Shown here: positions 6,780 through 7,960 of the stretch, piece by piece
Layout: each line of letters begins with the position of its first letter
How positions within the stretch are numbered: position 1 is the first letter of the stretch
NCBI GenBank assembly: GCA_013416795.1
Contig: RQSC01001240.1
Span: 131,787-139,746 of the forward strand
Direction: 5' to 3'
Length of the DNA stretch: 7,960 nucleotides
Origin: Prasinococcaceae sp. CCMP 1430
Taxonomy: Eukaryota; Plantae; Prasinodermophyta
Made by a program: the position numbers and the translations under genes
Notes under the pieces: generated by a model
Database searches by the model: none
Told to the model about the DNA's origin: nothing
What the model saw: the letters and a program-made list of their open reading frames with translations, nothing else

Positions 6780-7463
6780 NNNNNNNNNNNNNNNNNNNNN
6801 NNNNNNNNNNNNNNNNNNNNNNNNNNNNNNNNNNNNNNNNNNNNNNNNNNNNNNNNNNNNNNNNNNNNNNNNNNNNNNNNNNNNNNNNNNNNNNNNNNNN
6901 NNNNNNNNNNNNNNNNNNNNNNNNNNNNNNNNNNNNNNNNNNNNNNNNNNNNNNNNNNNNNNNNNNNNNNNNNNNNNNNNNNNNNNNNNNNNNNNNNNNN
7001 NNNNNNNNNNNNNNNNNNNNNNNNNNNNNNNNNNNNNNNNNNNNNNNNNNNNNNNNNNNNNNNNNNNNNNNNNNNNNNNNNNNNNNNNNNNNNNNNNNNN
7101 NNNNNNNNNNNNNNNNNNNNNNNNNNNNNNNNNNNNNNNNNNNNNNNNNNNNNNNNNNNNNNNNNNNNNNNNNNNNNNNNNNNNNNNNNNNNNNNNNNNN
7201 NNNNNNNNNNNNNNNNNNNNNNNNNNNNNNNNNNNNNNNNNNNNNNNNNNNNNNNNNNNNNNNNNNNNNNNNNNNNNNNNNNNNNNNNNNNNNNNNNNNN
7301 NNNNNNNNNNNNNNNNNNNNNNNNNNNNNNNNNNNNNNNNNNNNNNNNNNNNNNNNNNNNNNNNNNNNNNNNNNNNNNNNNNNNNNNNNNNNNNNNNNNN
7401 NNNNNNNNNNNNNNNNNNNNNNNNNNNNNNNNNNNNNNNNNNNNNNNNNNNNNNNNNNNNNNN
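6780..7463. other. Assembly gap (684 N)
   Basis: Run of N. The length is a multiple of 3, so ORF callers read straight through it. The true length and content are unknown. Confidence 1.
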
Positions 7464-7759
7464 GATTTCGTCGGAGGGGTCTCCGGGGCCGGCGGGGCGA
7501 CTGCGGGCGGGACGGGCGCCGGCGCAGGAGCCGACGCCGCGGCGCCGTCCGTCATGCCAAGCCGCCCCCGGCGCGGGCCCGAGACGATGGACCACGCCGC
7601 GCTGGTGCGCGAGGTCGCGCGCCTGCGCACGGACCTGGAGACCGCCCGCAACGCGCAGCGCCGCACGGACGCCGCCCGCAGGAGGCTGGAGGCGGAGAAC
7701 GGCGCTCTGGCCGCATCAATCACCCGACTCGAAGCGAGGAGCGCGGACGAGAGCGCGAG
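7464..7759 (+). CDS. Exon of an unknown coiled-coil protein, divergent from the WD40 gene (start at ATG 7554, ATG 7587, or inside the gap)
   Basis: MDHAALVREVARLRTDLETARNAQRRTDAARRRLEAENGALAASITRLEA shows 4/3 heptad spacing (L6,V10,L13,L17,A20..L34,N38,L41,I45,L48) and host-like G/C-ending codons (CTG, GTG, CGC, GAG, GAC). Coding character drops after GAG|GTCTG at 7759/7760. Confidence 0.65.
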
Positions 7760-7794
7760 GTCTGTTGGCGCGCGAGCGCGCGAGAGCGCGCACC

Positions 7795-7848
<54 letters not shown>

Positions 7849-7960
7849 AAGGAGCGCTGAGGTCGCACGATCCGCGGCGACACACGGCCGTGGCGCGCGC
7901 GCGGCGGCGCGAGTGCTGACGCTCTCCCCCCGCTCCCTAATCCTACCCTCACCCCCCCCC
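7760..7960 (+). other. Candidate intron of the coiled-coil gene, running off the window end
   Basis: Donor-like GAG|GTCTG, low-complexity interior with (GCT)17, branch-point-like CTGAC at 7916-7920 and CTAAT at 7937-7941, then a C-rich pyrimidine tract like the one at 6-46. No acceptor is seen within the window. Confidence 0.5.
7797..7847 (+). repeat. (GCT)17 pure trinucleotide microsatellite (CTG/CAG class)
   Basis: 17 uninterrupted GCT units counted from 7797 to 7847. Confidence 0.98.

Noticed and set aside
7464-7555. Minus-strand MTDGAAASAPAPAPVPPAVAPPAPETPPTK as the true WD40 N-terminus
   Set aside because: It is the antisense of a Gly/Ala-rich plus-strand frame that runs straight into the coiled coil. 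I cannot fully exclude it without closing the gap, but the plus-strand reading is simpler.
2549-7885. 1778-aa minus-strand ORF as one protein starting with MCRRG.. and poly-Ala
   Set aside because: It is stitched across 684 Ns. Right of the gap the coding signal (heptads, codon bias) is on the plus strand, so the N-terminal part is an antisense shadow.
7748-7899. Short direct repeats (CGAGAGCGCG at 7748 and 7781; TGGCGCGCG at 7766 and 7891) as target-site duplications of an insertion
   Set aside because: They are low-complexity GC words, and there are no terminal inverted repeats or transposase sequence.
4691-7919. Long plus-strand ORFs (1052 aa and 753 aa) as overlapping antisense genes
   Set aside because: Both cross the gap. 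Left of it they are Arg/Ala/Pro-rich shadows of the WD40 gene, which are expected where high GC makes stop codons rare. Only 7464-7759 is kept.
1-7960. Prokaryotic operon, defence system, CRISPR array, tRNA/rRNA or transposon
   Set aside because: No repeat-spacer array, cloverleaf, rRNA-like segment or mobile-element protein motif was seen. The content is eukaryotic housekeeping and scaffold genes, and nothing supports a functional link between VHA-a and its neighbours.

Overview
GC-rich eukaryotic window, most likely from a green-lineage alga (inferred from the V-ATPase sequence). It holds parts of three genes and one assembly gap. (1) 47-2326 (+): the long last exon of a V-type H+-ATPase V0 subunit a gene, preceded by a C-rich intron end. 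(2) 2549-6778 (-): a convergent, very large WD40 beta-propeller gene with long low-complexity insertions; its 5' end is lost in the gap and its 3' end may be spliced. (3) 6780-7463: a 684-N gap. (4) 7464-7759 (+): a divergent coiled-coil coding segment, probably followed by an intron carrying (GCT)17 and a C-rich, telomere-like tract. ORF-track entries that cross the gap are chimeric, and the other ORFs are GC shadows. I found no mobile element, RNA gene, CRISPR array or clear novel multi-gene system. The best leads are modest: unusual intron grammar (GTC donors, C-rich tracts, a shared 11-mer), a possible 5-nt stop-to-stop gene arrangement, a 14-bp hairpin over an RG-rich coding stretch, and the identity of the WD40 protein.
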